Below are positions 21,012 to 32,659 of a stretch of DNA of 64,000 bases, one piece after another. Position 1 is the stretch's first letter. The number at the start of each line of letters is the position of its first letter. The DNA lies in the IMG/VR virus record IMGVR_UViG_3300044712_001937, positions 62,001 to 126,000 of that record. One strand, given 5' to 3'. A program made the position numbers and the translations under genes. Below the pieces are notes generated by a model. That model ran no database searches and was not told where the DNA came from. It saw nothing but the letters and a program-made list of their open reading frames with translations.

Positions 21012-21689
21012 TTATTCCGCATATTTCCAAATATATCCACCTGCGGTTTTTTTTCTTCCGTTACAAACATCTGAAATTGTGCAACGATTTATTTTTAATT
21101 CTTTAGATGCTGTTATTACTCCTAACCATATTTTAATTTTGTTATAATTTAAATCAAATTGTATAATAGTTTTATATTTTTTTGATGATTCAGGTCTTAA
21201 CTTACCATACATAGGATTATTTTCACCAGTTCGATGAATTGATAAACTTTTTCTACCTTCTTCACTAATTTTTCTATTTTTAGCACCAATTCTCATTCTT
21301 TCAATAGTTTCACTACTGTAAATTCTATTTTTTAATGCATTAGAAATTTTTTTATTTACAATAAATCCTTGATTACCGCCACGACCACCACTTGCAATAT
21401 TGGTTAAATTAAATCCCCATGATTTAATTAAATCAATCCAATATATTTCCCAAAATCCCCAATTATCTATTGGAACAGAATCGAGAATATTAAGAATAGG
21501 TTTTAAATTTTTATTTAGTAGCGATAATATCCAATTATTTTTATGAGTATTGCTATATTTACATTTTCTCACATGTTCAATTAATCTAAATTTTGGATTA
21601 TCTGACTTACCCAAATACCTAATTTCATCGGTATTTGGGTAAGTTAATGAATATATGTAAGTTTGCCCTGCTTTTAATATTTCACTCAT
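21012..21689 (-). CDS. GIY-YIG homing endonuclease with NUMOD3/NUMOD1-like repeats
   Basis: YIYSL...YLGKSDNPKFRLIEH; GENNPMYGK; C-terminal CNGRKKTAGGYIWKY. Confidence 0.88.
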   Translation of the reverse strand: MSEILKAGQTYIYSLTYPNTDEIRYLGKSDNPKFRLIEHVRKCKYSNTHKNNWILSLLNKNLKPILNILDSVPIDNWGFWEIYWIDLIKSWGFNLTNIASGGRGGNQGFIVNKKISNALKNRIYSSETIERMRIGAKNRKISEEGRKSLSIHRTGENNPMYGKLRPESSKKYKTIIQFDLNYNKIKIWLGVITASKELKINRCTISDVCNGRKKTAGGYIWKYAE

Positions 21690-21815
21690 ATTAAATATCT
21701 TTTATATAAATAGTTTAATTATCAATTTTCTTTTTATAAATAGTTTAAAGAATTCAATAAGAAGTAAATATTTAAGAAATATTATCGTATGTATTTATAG
21801 AAAATTAATTAGTAT

Positions 21816-24800
21816 ATGAGTAATAAAGTTGATTTAATTGACCCTAATGGAATTAACACAATTTCTGAATTTGGCGATAAGGGAATTCCACAATACCAAG
21901 ATATGTATATTTTTGTTGAATTAGCTGCTATTAGTAGAGGTAGAACTGTATTAACAACATCAGGTGGTTTTAATGACCCTTCAGTTATAGTTAATTTAAT
22001 TGGAGTTAATCAAATAGATGCTGAAAATAATTCTAATAATGGAAATTTTACAACAAATTATTATGATGGAAGTACTGGAGAATATATAAATTATGAAAGT
22101 TTTGGTATTGAAAGTATTAAAATTAAAATTGATTCATCATATGTACCACAAATAAATATTAGATTCGTTGATATTAGAGGTGTATCATTTTTTAATCAAA
22201 ATAATTCTCCATATAGAATTATGTTTGATTTTCCACCACCTATTTTTCAATTAAAAGTAAAAGGTTATTATGGGCATCCATTGAAATATCAAATGCATAT
22301 GGTTAAATATAACACAGATTTTCAAGCAAATACTGGTAATTTTTATATTGATGCTCAATTTATTGCATTAACATATGCGCCATTAACCGATGTATTATTT
22401 AGATATATAGTTAATTTTCCATTAATGGATGAAATTCCAACAAACTCAGATACTACACTTCCACCTAATAATACTTATGAGTTGTATCAAAAAGTAAAGA
22501 ATTTATATAGTGTTGGTGCTGATAAAATAAAAGCTGATGTTAATAATAAAAAAATTGAAGAAATTACGACAACTATAAATGCTAAAATCGCAGCCATTAA
22601 TTATATTAATGATATTAAAAATAATTCTTATTTAACTGATGAAACTGTTTCAGCAGTCAGTCCACCTAATTTAGTTGTTTATGAAAATCCGGGAGATGGT
22701 AGTTTTTATAATTATACTATTGTTAATAACACATCTCAATATGATGAAATGCTTAAAGCAGCTAAAGATGGTAAGAAAAATAGCACATTTGGTTTATATT
22801 TAAATATGTATACTACTAATACAAGCCAAACAAGTATAGCATATGAAGCCATGAAAAAATGGAGTATTGGTCTTGCAATTGCAGGTACTGATATTTCAGG
22901 TTCTGAAGCTTTTTTTGATAATTTTGATACAACTTGGAACATTAAAACAGGAAAAAGAGATGATATTAAACATCATTACGTTAATATTGATTTAACTAAA
23001 TATTATAAATTAGTTACAGAATCAATTGAAAATGATAAATTAAATAAAAAAAATTCTTTAAATGAATTAGATGTTAAAATTAATGAAACTGTTATAGGTA
23101 CACTTGGAATGATGCCTACTGTTTATAATGTATTTAAAATTATTTTAGATGATGTTGATAAATTTTTTAGTAAATTAGCATATACATCTCGTGAATCGCA
23201 AAATCATCATTCTGATAGTGCAAATAGAGCATTAATAACTGACCCTAATTTATTTAGAGATAATAGTAGAGATAAAGAATTATATGCATTTCCATTATGT
23301 GTTAAGGAAAAAGTACTTAATTGTGTAAAAACCGAAAGTAGAGTAGCACCTATTGAACTTAGCCAAAAATGTTCAACTAAATTTCCAGAATTAAAATTAA
23401 TAGATGAATTCATTAAAACATTTCAAAAACAAAAGAAAATTAATGAATTTACAAATAAGAAAAATGAAACTACTGATGATGGTAATAGTGTGTGGATACC
23501 AGTATCACCATATGATGCAAGTTTAGGTACTATATATAATGATGCTAATGATGCATCTACGCCATATTTAAACGTACATAATATTGAAGAATTATATGAA
23601 ATATTATTACAAAGATTTTACATATTATCTCAATCTGCATTAAGTAAAACGTTTTATGATGAATCAAGTTCATCTATACGAGATTTTTATGCTAAAGCAG
23701 AAGCTCGTAATTTAATTACTTCATTAGACCAAAATTTAATCCAATCATTACAAACTAATGTAGAAAATGTTATTAAGAAAAATGCAAGTAATTTTTACAA
23801 CTTTATTGAAAAATCTACCAATGTTAATTTAAAAAACACATATATTAGTAATGATAATGAAACAATTCCTTTAGCTAAATCAACAAATTCAGCTCAAATT
23901 TACAAAAGAGCTAATAGTAATTATAGTGGAGTTTTTATATCTGCTGAAGATAAAATTGATGAATTAACACCAGATAAAGATTCAACTAATTTAGTTGTAA
24001 AAAAACTTGCTGAATTAGTTGAACAACCATCATGGCTTTCAAGTTGGTTTGGAGCTAAGAACGAATTTGCAGATATGTTTGGAATTACAACTAAAAATTT
24101 ATTTTCAGTAAATGATATTATTGATTCAGGAAGTGATAATGCTAAAGCAACCGCACGTGATGATAGATATAATGCAGGTGTTGCTGGAAAATTTAGTGTT
24201 CTTGATGTTGAATATTGGAATTGTACAAGATATATTATTGCTACAACAAGAGTAACTGAAGATGACATTGATGAAACATATTATATTGACTATGCAAAAA
24301 CTAATGGAAATTTCAGTTTACTTAATAAAACTCCTTCAGACCCTGAAGTTAATAATGTATTTGAATCATTATGTTTTGTTTTTGAAGAATATGGATGGGA
24401 TATTCATAGAATTTTAAATTCAAGTAATGTGAGTTATGAATTAAAAAAATTATTAATTCTATCTAATTTTGGAAATACTTTATCTTTTTTCGCTAAATAT
24501 CCAAAAGATTTGAATTTTATGCTCACACTTCCTGCAATATTACAAATACCAGCATTTTTAATTGGGTATTATGCAATGTTGCTTGAAGATAATATGAAAC
24601 CGGGTGAAAAATTATATATTGAATTCGATAATTTAATAAATAATAAAGCTTTAGATAGTAATGGAAATAATATAGTATTATCCGATAAATTTTGCCATTA
24701 CGGTATACATATATTTGCAGATATACATGATATTTTAAAATTATCTGAAAACGATAAATCATATATTAAAGAGTTCGCTAACAGTCTTGATTATTTTAAT

Positions 24801-27017
24801 TCTACTGAAATAAATAAATATATCAAAGGTTTTATAGATTTAATTAATGATTGTCTTAAAGATGGTAAAACATTAGTTTCATCTAATAAAGATATTGATA
24901 ATGATAAACTTAAAGTTGCTTTTGGTATGCAAACATTAGAAGGTGAAGGTCAATCACCTAAAGTTACTTGGAATCCAGCACCCAGATTTGCACAAGTTCA
25001 AGATTTTTATTATAAAATTCTCACTAAATTTAATTTTGTCAACTATAATAATAGTTTAGATATTAATGATACTATAGATACTAAATATATATCATTAAAA
25101 ACTACAAATTTAGATTCTACTCTGAAAAAACCGATAAACGATACATTTTTCACTGCATTTTTTAATGAACTAACACCTAACATTCCAAAAAAAGCTGATG
25201 AATTAAAAAAAGAAAATAAAGATATTGAAAAAATGTCTGTCGATGAAGATATTATAACTCAAACATATTATTCGTTTAAAAATATTAATGACAAATGGCT
25301 CACAAATCTTCCTAAAGATGATGAAGATTGTAAATTTGATGACCCAAAAAATTCATTATGTAAAGGTTATCCATTTAATGAACCGGGTAAAGCATTGATA
25401 GATTCATTTGTATTTGTTGATAGAGCTATGAACCCTATTGGCGATACTATGCTTAACACACAAATTCTTTTAGATATATATGAAGACCCTAATATAAGCG
25501 TTTATTCTGTATTATCACAATTATTATCATTAAATGGATTCGAATTTTTTCCGTTACAAAATTTCATGAATTTTTCGACAGAAAAATGGAAAGAATCTTT
25601 TTTAATTAATACTGGTGAACCTGTAAAAACAAATCCAACTTTTGTATGTATGTATATTGGAGGTACTTCAAGTTATCCAACAAGAGGTCTTAATTTAACA
25701 AATAATGGGTTTGAAGATGATTGTATCGTAGATTTAAAAAATGCTACAGCTACTGATTTTGCATATGATGAAAAATGTATAGAAGATAATGGTGCAACAA
25801 ATGATGATACCGATAAACAAGAAACTGATGAAAGAAACAAAACAGTTAAGGCGTTTAAAGTTAGATTTGGTGAACAAAACCAATCAATGTTTACAGATAT
25901 TAAAATTGATAGTAAAGATTATCCTGAAACAAACGAATCAATTCAAATTTTGTCACAATTAGCTGGAGATAATAAACCTGCTGCACCTACACCTAAAGGT
26001 CAAAATTTATTTAGTTTATATGAAAATAGGTCATATAAAGCAACTATTACTGGTTTAGGCAATGTTATGATTCAACCAACACAATATTTTCAATTAGAAA
26101 ATATACCGATGTATAATGGAGCGTATATTATTCTTAGTGTTGAGCATAATATTAGTGCAAATAAAATGATGACATCATTTTCAGGAATGAAGATATTAAA
26201 ATATCCAATTCCAAGAGTAACTGATGCTTCTGCATTATTTGGTGTTGATGGTGGCGATTCTGATGAAACTGGTAATTATAGTGCAAGCAATATATATGCT
26301 GGTACTCAAGCTGAAACTATATCTCAAGCAAAATTAGATAAATTAAATTCTGTATTTGGTATTGATGTATCGTATGCTCAAGGAAATATTAATTGGAATA
26401 AAATAACAATTCCTAAAGGTGATGGATATCATAAACCTGATTGGGTTATAATAAAAACAACTCAAGGTACTACCATAATAGATAAAAAAGCTGTTAGAAA
26501 TGCTACAGGTGTAAAAAATGCAGGAATTAAAGCAACATATTATCATTTTGCACAACCATATACTGGCAATAACATTATAGATAATGCGAAAGAACAGGCA
26601 AAATATTTTTTAACTCAAGTTAAAGCTCTTAGTGGTATAAAAAAACCTGATTTCCCTCTTGTTGTTGATTTTGAACATATTGATTCAAAAGGAATTTTTT
26701 GGAGTAATAACAAAACTAATAATGATTTATGGTTAAAAACATTTATAGCAGAATTAAAAACTGCTGGTTATGATACTATTATTTATGGCGGTGGCGGTGC
26801 ATTAAAAGATTGTACGAGTGCAAATTTCAGTCCAACGCCATTATGGTTATCACAATATATTGAACCTGAATTAAATAATCCAAATCCTCCAAAGGGTTGG
26901 GATTGGACTATTTGGCAATTTAGTAGTATGGGTAAAGTAAATGGAATTACTGAAAATACTGTAGATATAAATGCTATGAAAAAAACTTATTTTGATAAAT
27001 ATCCATTAATATCATAA
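21816..27017 (+). CDS. Large tail/baseplate hub protein with C-terminal GH25 muramidase
   Basis: C-terminal GIDVSYAQG, IIKTTQG, YYHFAQP, VVDFE, WTIWQFS...VDIN motifs of GH25; late motif 21791-21799. Confidence 0.8.
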   Translation: MSNKVDLIDPNGINTISEFGDKGIPQYQDMYIFVELAAISRGRTVLTTSGGFNDPSVIVNLIGVNQIDAENNSNNGNFTTNYYDGSTGEYINYESFGIESIKIKIDSSYVPQINIRFVDIRGVSFFNQNNSPYRIMFDFPPPIFQLKVKGYYGHPLKYQMHMVKYNTDFQANTGNFYIDAQFIALTYAPLTDVLFRYIVNFPLMDEIPTNSDTTLPPNNTYELYQKVKNLYSVGADKIKADVNNKKIEEITTTINAKIAAINYINDIKNNSYLTDETVSAVSPPNLVVYENPGDGSFYNYTIVNNTSQYDEMLKAAKDGKKNSTFGLYLNMYTTNTSQTSIAYEAMKKWSIGLAIAGTDISGSEAFFDNFDTTWNIKTGKRDDIKHHYVNIDLTKYYKLVTESIENDKLNKKNSLNELDVKINETVIGTLGMMPTVYNVFKIILDDVDKFFSKLAYTSRESQNHHSDSANRALITDPNLFRDNSRDKELYAFPLCVKEKVLNCVKTESRVAPIELSQKCSTKFPELKLIDEFIKTFQKQKKINEFTNKKNETTDDGNSVWIPVSPYDASLGTIYNDANDASTPYLNVHNIEELYEILLQRFYILSQSALSKTFYDESSSSIRDFYAKAEARNLITSLDQNLIQSLQTNVENVIKKNASNFYNFIEKSTNVNLKNTYISNDNETIPLAKSTNSAQIYKRANSNYSGVFISAEDKIDELTPDKDSTNLVVKKLAELVEQPSWLSSWFGAKNEFADMFGITTKNLFSVNDIIDSGSDNAKATARDDRYNAGVAGKFSVLDVEYWNCTRYIIATTRVTEDDIDETYYIDYAKTNGNFSLLNKTPSDPEVNNVFESLCFVFEEYGWDIHRILNSSNVSYELKKLLILSNFGNTLSFFAKYPKDLNFMLTLPAILQIPAFLIGYYAMLLEDNMKPGEKLYIEFDNLINNKALDSNGNNIVLSDKFCHYGIHIFADIHDILKLSENDKSYIKEFANSLDYFNSTEINKYIKGFIDLINDCLKDGKTLVSSNKDIDNDKLKVAFGMQTLEGEGQSPKVTWNPAPRFAQVQDFYYKILTKFNFVNYNNSLDINDTIDTKYISLKTTNLDSTLKKPINDTFFTAFFNELTPNIPKKADELKKENKDIEKMSVDEDIITQTYYSFKNINDKWLTNLPKDDEDCKFDDPKNSLCKGYPFNEPGKALIDSFVFVDRAMNPIGDTMLNTQILLDIYEDPNISVYSVLSQLLSLNGFEFFPLQNFMNFSTEKWKESFLINTGEPVKTNPTFVCMYIGGTSSYPTRGLNLTNNGFEDDCIVDLKNATATDFAYDEKCIEDNGATNDDTDKQETDERNKTVKAFKVRFGEQNQSMFTDIKIDSKDYPETNESIQILSQLAGDNKPAAPTPKGQNLFSLYENRSYKATITGLGNVMIQPTQYFQLENIPMYNGAYIILSVEHNISANKMMTSFSGMKILKYPIPRVTDASALFGVDGGDSDETGNYSASNIYAGTQAETISQAKLDKLNSVFGIDVSYAQGNINWNKITIPKGDGYHKPDWVIIKTTQGTTIIDKKAVRNATGVKNAGIKATYYHFAQPYTGNNIIDNAKEQAKYFLTQVKALSGIKKPDFPLVVDFEHIDSKGIFWSNNKTNNDLWLKTFIAELKTAGYDTIIYGGGGALKDCTSANFSPTPLWLSQYIEPELNNPNPPKGWDWTIWQFSSMGKVNGITENTVDINAMKKTYFDKYPLIS

Positions 27018-27046
27018 AAAAAGGGACTTAAATAAGTCCCTTTTTT
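27017..27046. terminator. Bidirectional terminator
   Basis: A6-GGGACTTA AA TAAGTCCC-T6. Confidence 0.85.
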
Positions 27047-27810
27047 AATTCGTGTAAACTAATTATATCATCATCCACAGTTTCGGGATTATATTTCATT
27101 TCATTAATTTTATTTATTGCTTTATTAATACTTTCAATATTTGCATTAGCTTTAGCATTTTCTAATAACATAATATTATTAGTTTTATAATCTTTTAACA
27201 TTGATTCTTTTTGTTTTTTCGTTGATTTTATCAATTGCAATAATAATGTTTTATCGTCTTCATTTAATCCTTCATATTTTTCATTAAATTTATCAATAGC
27301 AATTTCAATTACAGCTTCATCCACGTGCTCAACAGTTTCTACCAATTCAACTAAATTCTTTTTGGGCGATTTTATATGATTTAAAACTACAGTAAATGAT
27401 TCATGAATTTTATCAACATCAACTTTATCGTAATCATTTAATGATTCTCTAATTAAACAATTAATAGCATTATATAATTCAACTTTTTCTTCATCAATAG
27501 ATGTTGTGTTTTCATTAATAAATGAATTTAATTTAGCATGTTCATTATCAATTTCATCAATAGTGTAAATTTCAAATTGTTTTATATTATTATCAATATA
27601 ACGAGTTGCCATCATATCGTTATCAATATGTTTATTTTCGATGTTGTTATAAATTTTAAACTCCAATTGTAATATTGGTGAATTTTTCACAACATCAAAA
27701 AATTTTGAAGTAAGTTTCTTTGATTCTTCATTTAAAGTTTTACTGAAATAAGAATCCTTTAATTTATTTGAAATTAATAGATTAACAACACCTATGTTAA
27801 TATTTTTCAT
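27028..27810 (-). CDS. Conserved head-module hypothetical protein
   Basis: 260-aa helical ORF downstream of the portal gene; late motif 27830-27838. Confidence 0.55.
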   Translation of the reverse strand: MKNINIGVVNLLISNKLKDSYFSKTLNEESKKLTSKFFDVVKNSPILQLEFKIYNNIENKHIDNDMMATRYIDNNIKQFEIYTIDEIDNEHAKLNSFINENTTSIDEEKVELYNAINCLIRESLNDYDKVDVDKIHESFTVVLNHIKSPKKNLVELVETVEHVDEAVIEIAIDKFNEKYEGLNEDDKTLLLQLIKSTKKQKESMLKDYKTNNIMLLENAKANANIESINKAINKINEMKYNPETVDDDIISLHELKKGLI

Positions 27811-27891
27811 ATAGTTAAATTAGATTTTCTATAAATACTGTAATTATTTAATAATGTTAGCATAATACTATTAATAAATTTTAATATTAAA

Positions 27892-29883
27892 CTATTCATT
27901 TAAATCGATGTTTTCAATATCTTCAATTTCAATATCTTCTACAATAATATTTTTTTGTTCAGTATTAATACTTTCGCCTTTTTTTAATAATTCATCAATT
28001 TGATTTATCATTAACTCAGCATTTTTATTTAAATTTTCATTAATTTTATTATTTTCAAATATAATTCTTTTATTTATTTGAGTATTTCTTTTTTCAGTTT
28101 CAGAATGACTACCAAAAATCATTTCTTCAACATGTTTATTATAATTAAAAGTTTCTTTATTTTCAGCCATTGGTGGAGTTCCACCCATTTCACCACCTGC
28201 TGGTGGCATACCGCCTCCTACTGGTGCTGGTGCACCACCCATTGGTGCTGGTGGCATACCGCCCATTTCACCACCTGCTGGTGGTATACCACCTCCTACT
28301 GGTGCTGGTGGCATACCACCTGTAGCACCCGACATATTCATTGCATCTTCTGGAACTCCAAATCTTGCATCAATATCTTTAAATAAACCAGATTTTTTAA
28401 TTGAAATTGGAGAATCTGCAAGTTCTTGCATCACAACTTTTTCCATTTTTTGTTGTTTCAAATCTTCAACAATTTCTCTATCACTCATATTGAATAATAT
28501 TCGTTTAGCATTAGTATGAGACATTGCAGCAATACCACCTTCACCACGAGTTAATTCAGTATATGTTTGTGCTTTTTCACGGAATAATTCAGCTTTTAAT
28601 TGTTCTGCTTGTGTTGAAGGATTTGTTAATGTAAGAGTAAAACTATTTAAATCTTCACCACTATAACCCAATAAATATAAATGAATCATTGCCATTTTAT
28701 TGAGTTCTTGAATAATTGCTTGTTGGATACGATTAATTTTCTTAGCAAAACGAATATCATATTGAGCTAAATTTTTTCCACCACCTGCTGCGTCTTGAAA
28801 ACTTAAAAACGGTTTTGGAATTCCTAATCCAATAAATAAATTATCTCTTAGATATTCAATATCTTGAATTTGGTCAAGATTAGATGCACCCGGAAGTGTA
28901 TCAACTCCAGTTGCAGTATTTGCATTACGAACAGGTATGAAATAATCTTCATCATTACCTAATATATTAAATCTATAATCGATTTGACCATCATTAGGTG
29001 ATACTTGTGCAACTTTTTTAAATTTAGTTGCTACTTTATAGATATAATCTTCAATATCATCTTCATCAATATTACCTACATCAATTTTAAATACCTTTTT
29101 TTCCCCAGCACGTATAATACGATAAGTTAACATGGCATCTTCAGCCATAACTAATTGCCTAAATACTCTACGTACTTTATTTAACACAGATGAACCATAT
29201 GGTAAATATTTATCATCACCAAGTAGCCTAAAATGCGCAATTTCAAAAACGTTAAATTCATCACCAGTCATTCTTTCTTTAAATTTTATAATTGGTTTAC
29301 CGTTTTGAACTCTTTCAATTCTTTCTATTTCATAATTAACTAATTGCTTAACATGACTAATACCTTTTTTACGTTCTCCATATAGTAAAACAAAATTATC
29401 GCCATACTTTACAGTATTTCTTACCCAAAAAGGTAAATTAACGTTAATATCGATAGTATTATAGAAAAAATCTTCTAATAATAGTTTTATTCTTTCTTTA
29501 TTAGAATTTATATTTAACATTTTACCATTTAATCCAATAGTAGTACATTCTTCCATAAATAAATCCAATGCACTTGAAATAATTGGATAATATTCCATAC
29601 CTTCATAATCAATATAAGCTGGAAGTCTGGCTGCTTCATATTGTAATGCTTTTTGAAAACCTCTATCTGTTGTTCTGAAAAATTTATTTTGAAGTTCTCT
29701 TTTTTGTTCTAATTCTAAACCTTTACGATGTATTTCTTCAGGACTATTACCTTTAATAATAATTTTGCTTGTATTATTTGTAGGAATAATTTGAGCTTGA
29801 TTAGTTTGATTTTGAAAACCATCAAGATTAAGCATTTTATTTAGGTTTTGATATATAGTTCCCTTTTTATCTTGTTCAGCCAT
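27892..29883 (-). CDS. gp20: Portal protein (T4 gp20-like)
   Basis: YEGMEYYPIISSALD, KYLPYGSSVL, EDAMLTYRIIRAGEKKVFKIDVGN, EDYFIP, LPGASNL. Confidence 0.95.
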   Translation of the reverse strand: MAEQDKKGTIYQNLNKMLNLDGFQNQTNQAQIIPTNNTSKIIIKGNSPEEIHRKGLELEQKRELQNKFFRTTDRGFQKALQYEAARLPAYIDYEGMEYYPIISSALDLFMEECTTIGLNGKMLNINSNKERIKLLLEDFFYNTIDINVNLPFWVRNTVKYGDNFVLLYGERKKGISHVKQLVNYEIERIERVQNGKPIIKFKERMTGDEFNVFEIAHFRLLGDDKYLPYGSSVLNKVRRVFRQLVMAEDAMLTYRIIRAGEKKVFKIDVGNIDEDDIEDYIYKVATKFKKVAQVSPNDGQIDYRFNILGNDEDYFIPVRNANTATGVDTLPGASNLDQIQDIEYLRDNLFIGLGIPKPFLSFQDAAGGGKNLAQYDIRFAKKINRIQQAIIQELNKMAMIHLYLLGYSGEDLNSFTLTLTNPSTQAEQLKAELFREKAQTYTELTRGEGGIAAMSHTNAKRILFNMSDREIVEDLKQQKMEKVVMQELADSPISIKKSGLFKDIDARFGVPEDAMNMSGATGGMPPAPVGGGIPPAGGEMGGMPPAPMGGAPAPVGGGMPPAGGEMGGTPPMAENKETFNYNKHVEEMIFGSHSETEKRNTQINKRIIFENNKINENLNKNAELMINQIDELLKKGESINTEQKNIIVEDIEIEDIENIDLNE

Positions 29884-29954
29884 TTTTATAATTTTTTATA
29901 TTTTTTTATAAATACTAAATGTTTTTTGAAAAGACATTTGTATATAAATACATT

Positions 29955-32033
29955 TTATTTTTTAATTAATCCATCAAATAACCAAGAATTTACACCATAT
30001 GGATTCATAGGCGATGAACTGGATGGCGATATAATAGGTTTATTTTTTAATTGTTGTTTAGAACCTATTGTTTTCACATCATTTAAATTCATAATAGCTG
30101 TTAACATTTTTTCAGTAATTCCTTTACTTTGTTTAAACCTAACCATATCAAAATTAAGAACGTATAATCCTATTGATAAACCCATTATTGAATCATCATG
30201 GAATGAACGTTTATGGTCAGCAACACGATTTCCGGGAATTGTTACAAATGTTTTTAATTCACTAAGTAATCTTGTAGACCTTATCAACACATCTTCTAAA
30301 TGAATAGCTCGTTGCATTTCAAGTAATACTGAAGCTCTATTGTTACCGATGAAAAAACCCGGTATTAAATCAACAGTAATTACAGAACCATCGGACATAG
30401 TTTTTTGACCTTTTTTAATATATCCTTGTAATCTATCTCTGGAAGGTTTATGTGAAACTTCTGCATAATGAATACTTTCTTCAGGATAACCATATTCAAT
30501 TAATTTTTCAACAGTTTGAACTCCATAACCACCAGTTATATCAACAACACAATACGCATTATTATATCTTTTTCCGTATTGATATGCAACTTCAGCAAGT
30601 TGTTGTGGTGATATTTTACCATAATATTCTGCAACTTGCTCAACTTTATGCCTTTTTATTTTAACTTTTTTAATTTTATCACCTTTAGTTATAATTTTTT
30701 CTTCAATAATTTCAATAGTTTTTAACATATTTAATGTTGAATTATCTTCGCCATGTCCGGGAGATGCATCTAATGCCATTATATAATTTTCACCGGGTAA
30801 TGGGTCTTCGAAAATCCACATATTTAAATCAACATATTCTTGACGAAGTATAGGTCTAATTTCATTTTCTTGTATTCTTTTTAGATATTCTTCAGCAATA
30901 AAATTATCTCCTGAACCTAAAAATGAACATAATAATTCTTGCGCAATTTTGCGCATATCTCCGTTAGCTCCTTTAATTTGTTCTTCAAACCAAGGAGATG
31001 TGGCTTCCCAGCCATCATCAACCATTTTATTTCTTTGTGATTTACTCCACTTTTCGTCTGGAATTTTTATTTCATCTTCTTTATTCTTGTTCTTAACCCA
31101 ACTTAACCCAACATTATATCTTGGGTCATTAAACCACCACAATTCGACTGCTTTAAAACCATTATCACTTAAACCAGTTTCTTTATTGATTTTACGAGCA
31201 CCATCAAAATGTTTATAAAATACAGCATCTAAACCTGATGGTGTACTAACCATAATAGCTCTACCACCTGTACCAAGTGTTGGTTTAGCTGCAGTCCAAA
31301 ATTTATCACCCATATCAGTCCATGCAGTTTCATCCCAAAATATTAAAGTAGGTGTCATACCACGTAAACCACCTTTAGCTGAAAATGCACCTAATTTAGA
31401 ATCATTATCATATATTTTTAATTTTTGAGTGTCTTTATATTTTCCACCAAGACTTTCCCTACCAGTTTTTGGTCTTAACCAAGCAGGACAACCTTCAATA
31501 AATAATACAACGTCACTCATAATTTCATCACGAGCAGTTTCAAGTTTATTTGCAATGATTGCAACCTGTCTATTTGAATTGAACATAATGTACCAAGCAA
31601 TATATGCACAAGTAGTTGTAGAAATACCTGCCTGTCGATATTTATTAGCAACAACTAATCGATTATCTCTATATGTTTGAATTAATTCTTTTTGAAAATC
31701 AAATAATTTAAAAGGCACTATTAGACCAGCTAAACCTTGTGTTTGGTCGAAAATAGTTAAATATGTCTCAATAAAATAAATTGGATTAGTACCACAACGA
31801 ACAATTTCTTTTTCTTGCTCATATAATGTTAATTCGCTTGCTTTTTTAGCAATTCCAGCTTCAGTAACGATAATCGGTTCAATTTTTCCCGATTTTTTTC
31901 GCATTTCTTCCGCTAATTTCCTAATTTGTTCCTTTTCTTTTTCTTTATTATAATCTAACGGAATTATAGGTATATGTTCTGGATATTGTGACTCTTCTTT
32001 ATCTAATTTATCTAATTCGTCTTTAGTACTCAT
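29955..32033 (-). CDS. gp17: Terminase large subunit (T4 gp17-like)
   Basis: NKYRQAGIST, LIFWDETAW, VSTPSG, QELLCSFLGSG, ALDASPG, HDDSIM. Confidence 0.95.
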   Translation of the reverse strand: MSTKDELDKLDKEESQYPEHIPIIPLDYNKEKEKEQIRKLAEEMRKKSGKIEPIIVTEAGIAKKASELTLYEQEKEIVRCGTNPIYFIETYLTIFDQTQGLAGLIVPFKLFDFQKELIQTYRDNRLVVANKYRQAGISTTTCAYIAWYIMFNSNRQVAIIANKLETARDEIMSDVVLFIEGCPAWLRPKTGRESLGGKYKDTQKLKIYDNDSKLGAFSAKGGLRGMTPTLIFWDETAWTDMGDKFWTAAKPTLGTGGRAIMVSTPSGLDAVFYKHFDGARKINKETGLSDNGFKAVELWWFNDPRYNVGLSWVKNKNKEDEIKIPDEKWSKSQRNKMVDDGWEATSPWFEEQIKGANGDMRKIAQELLCSFLGSGDNFIAEEYLKRIQENEIRPILRQEYVDLNMWIFEDPLPGENYIMALDASPGHGEDNSTLNMLKTIEIIEEKIITKGDKIKKVKIKRHKVEQVAEYYGKISPQQLAEVAYQYGKRYNNAYCVVDITGGYGVQTVEKLIEYGYPEESIHYAEVSHKPSRDRLQGYIKKGQKTMSDGSVITVDLIPGFFIGNNRASVLLEMQRAIHLEDVLIRSTRLLSELKTFVTIPGNRVADHKRSFHDDSIMGLSIGLYVLNFDMVRFKQSKGITEKMLTAIMNLNDVKTIGSKQQLKNKPIISPSSSSPMNPYGVNSWLFDGLIKK

Positions 32034-32078
32034 TTATAAATTTTTATAATAAATACTTAAAAAATAGTATTTATTGAT

Positions 32079-32654
32079 ATGGTAAAATGTGGTATATATA
32101 AAATAGTATCAAAAAACACAAATAGAATTTATATTGGTAGTTCATCTAACATAGTTAAAAGATGGAATACACATATTAATAATTTATTAAATAATAAACA
32201 TCATTCAATAAAATTACAACGACATTTTAACAAATATGGTATTGATGATTTATTATTTTCAATAATTGAAGAATGTTCAATAGAATCTTTGTTAAATAAA
32301 GAACAATATTATTTAGATAATAATTATTGTTATTTTAATATATGTAAAAATGCAAGAAATTGTTCAGGTAGAATACCTTGGAATAAAGGTATGAAAATGT
32401 CTAAAGAATTTTCAACAAAAATGAGTATTATTGGTATTGGTAATAAAAATCGTATTGGTAAAACCCATAGTATTGAAACTATTAATAAAATACGAAATAG
32501 TTCAAAAAATAGAATTTTTAAAACTAAATTAAGTGATATTGAAATTAATGAAATTAAATTAAAATATATACCTAAAAAATATAATTCATTAAAATTAGCA
32601 AAAGAATATAATGTAAGTAAAAGTACAATTTTAAAAATAATACATAAAGTGTAA
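32079..32654 (+). CDS. GIY-YIG homing endonuclease, antisense to the packaging module
   Basis: CGIYKI...IYIGSS...RW..H...L.NNKHHS..LQ..FNKYG; C-terminal HTH-like segment. Confidence 0.88.
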   Translation: MVKCGIYKIVSKNTNRIYIGSSSNIVKRWNTHINNLLNNKHHSIKLQRHFNKYGIDDLLFSIIEECSIESLLNKEQYYLDNNYCYFNICKNARNCSGRIPWNKGMKMSKEFSTKMSIIGIGNKNRIGKTHSIETINKIRNSSKNRIFKTKLSDIEINEIKLKYIPKKYNSLKLAKEYNVSKSTILKIIHKV

Positions 32655-32659
32655 AATAA

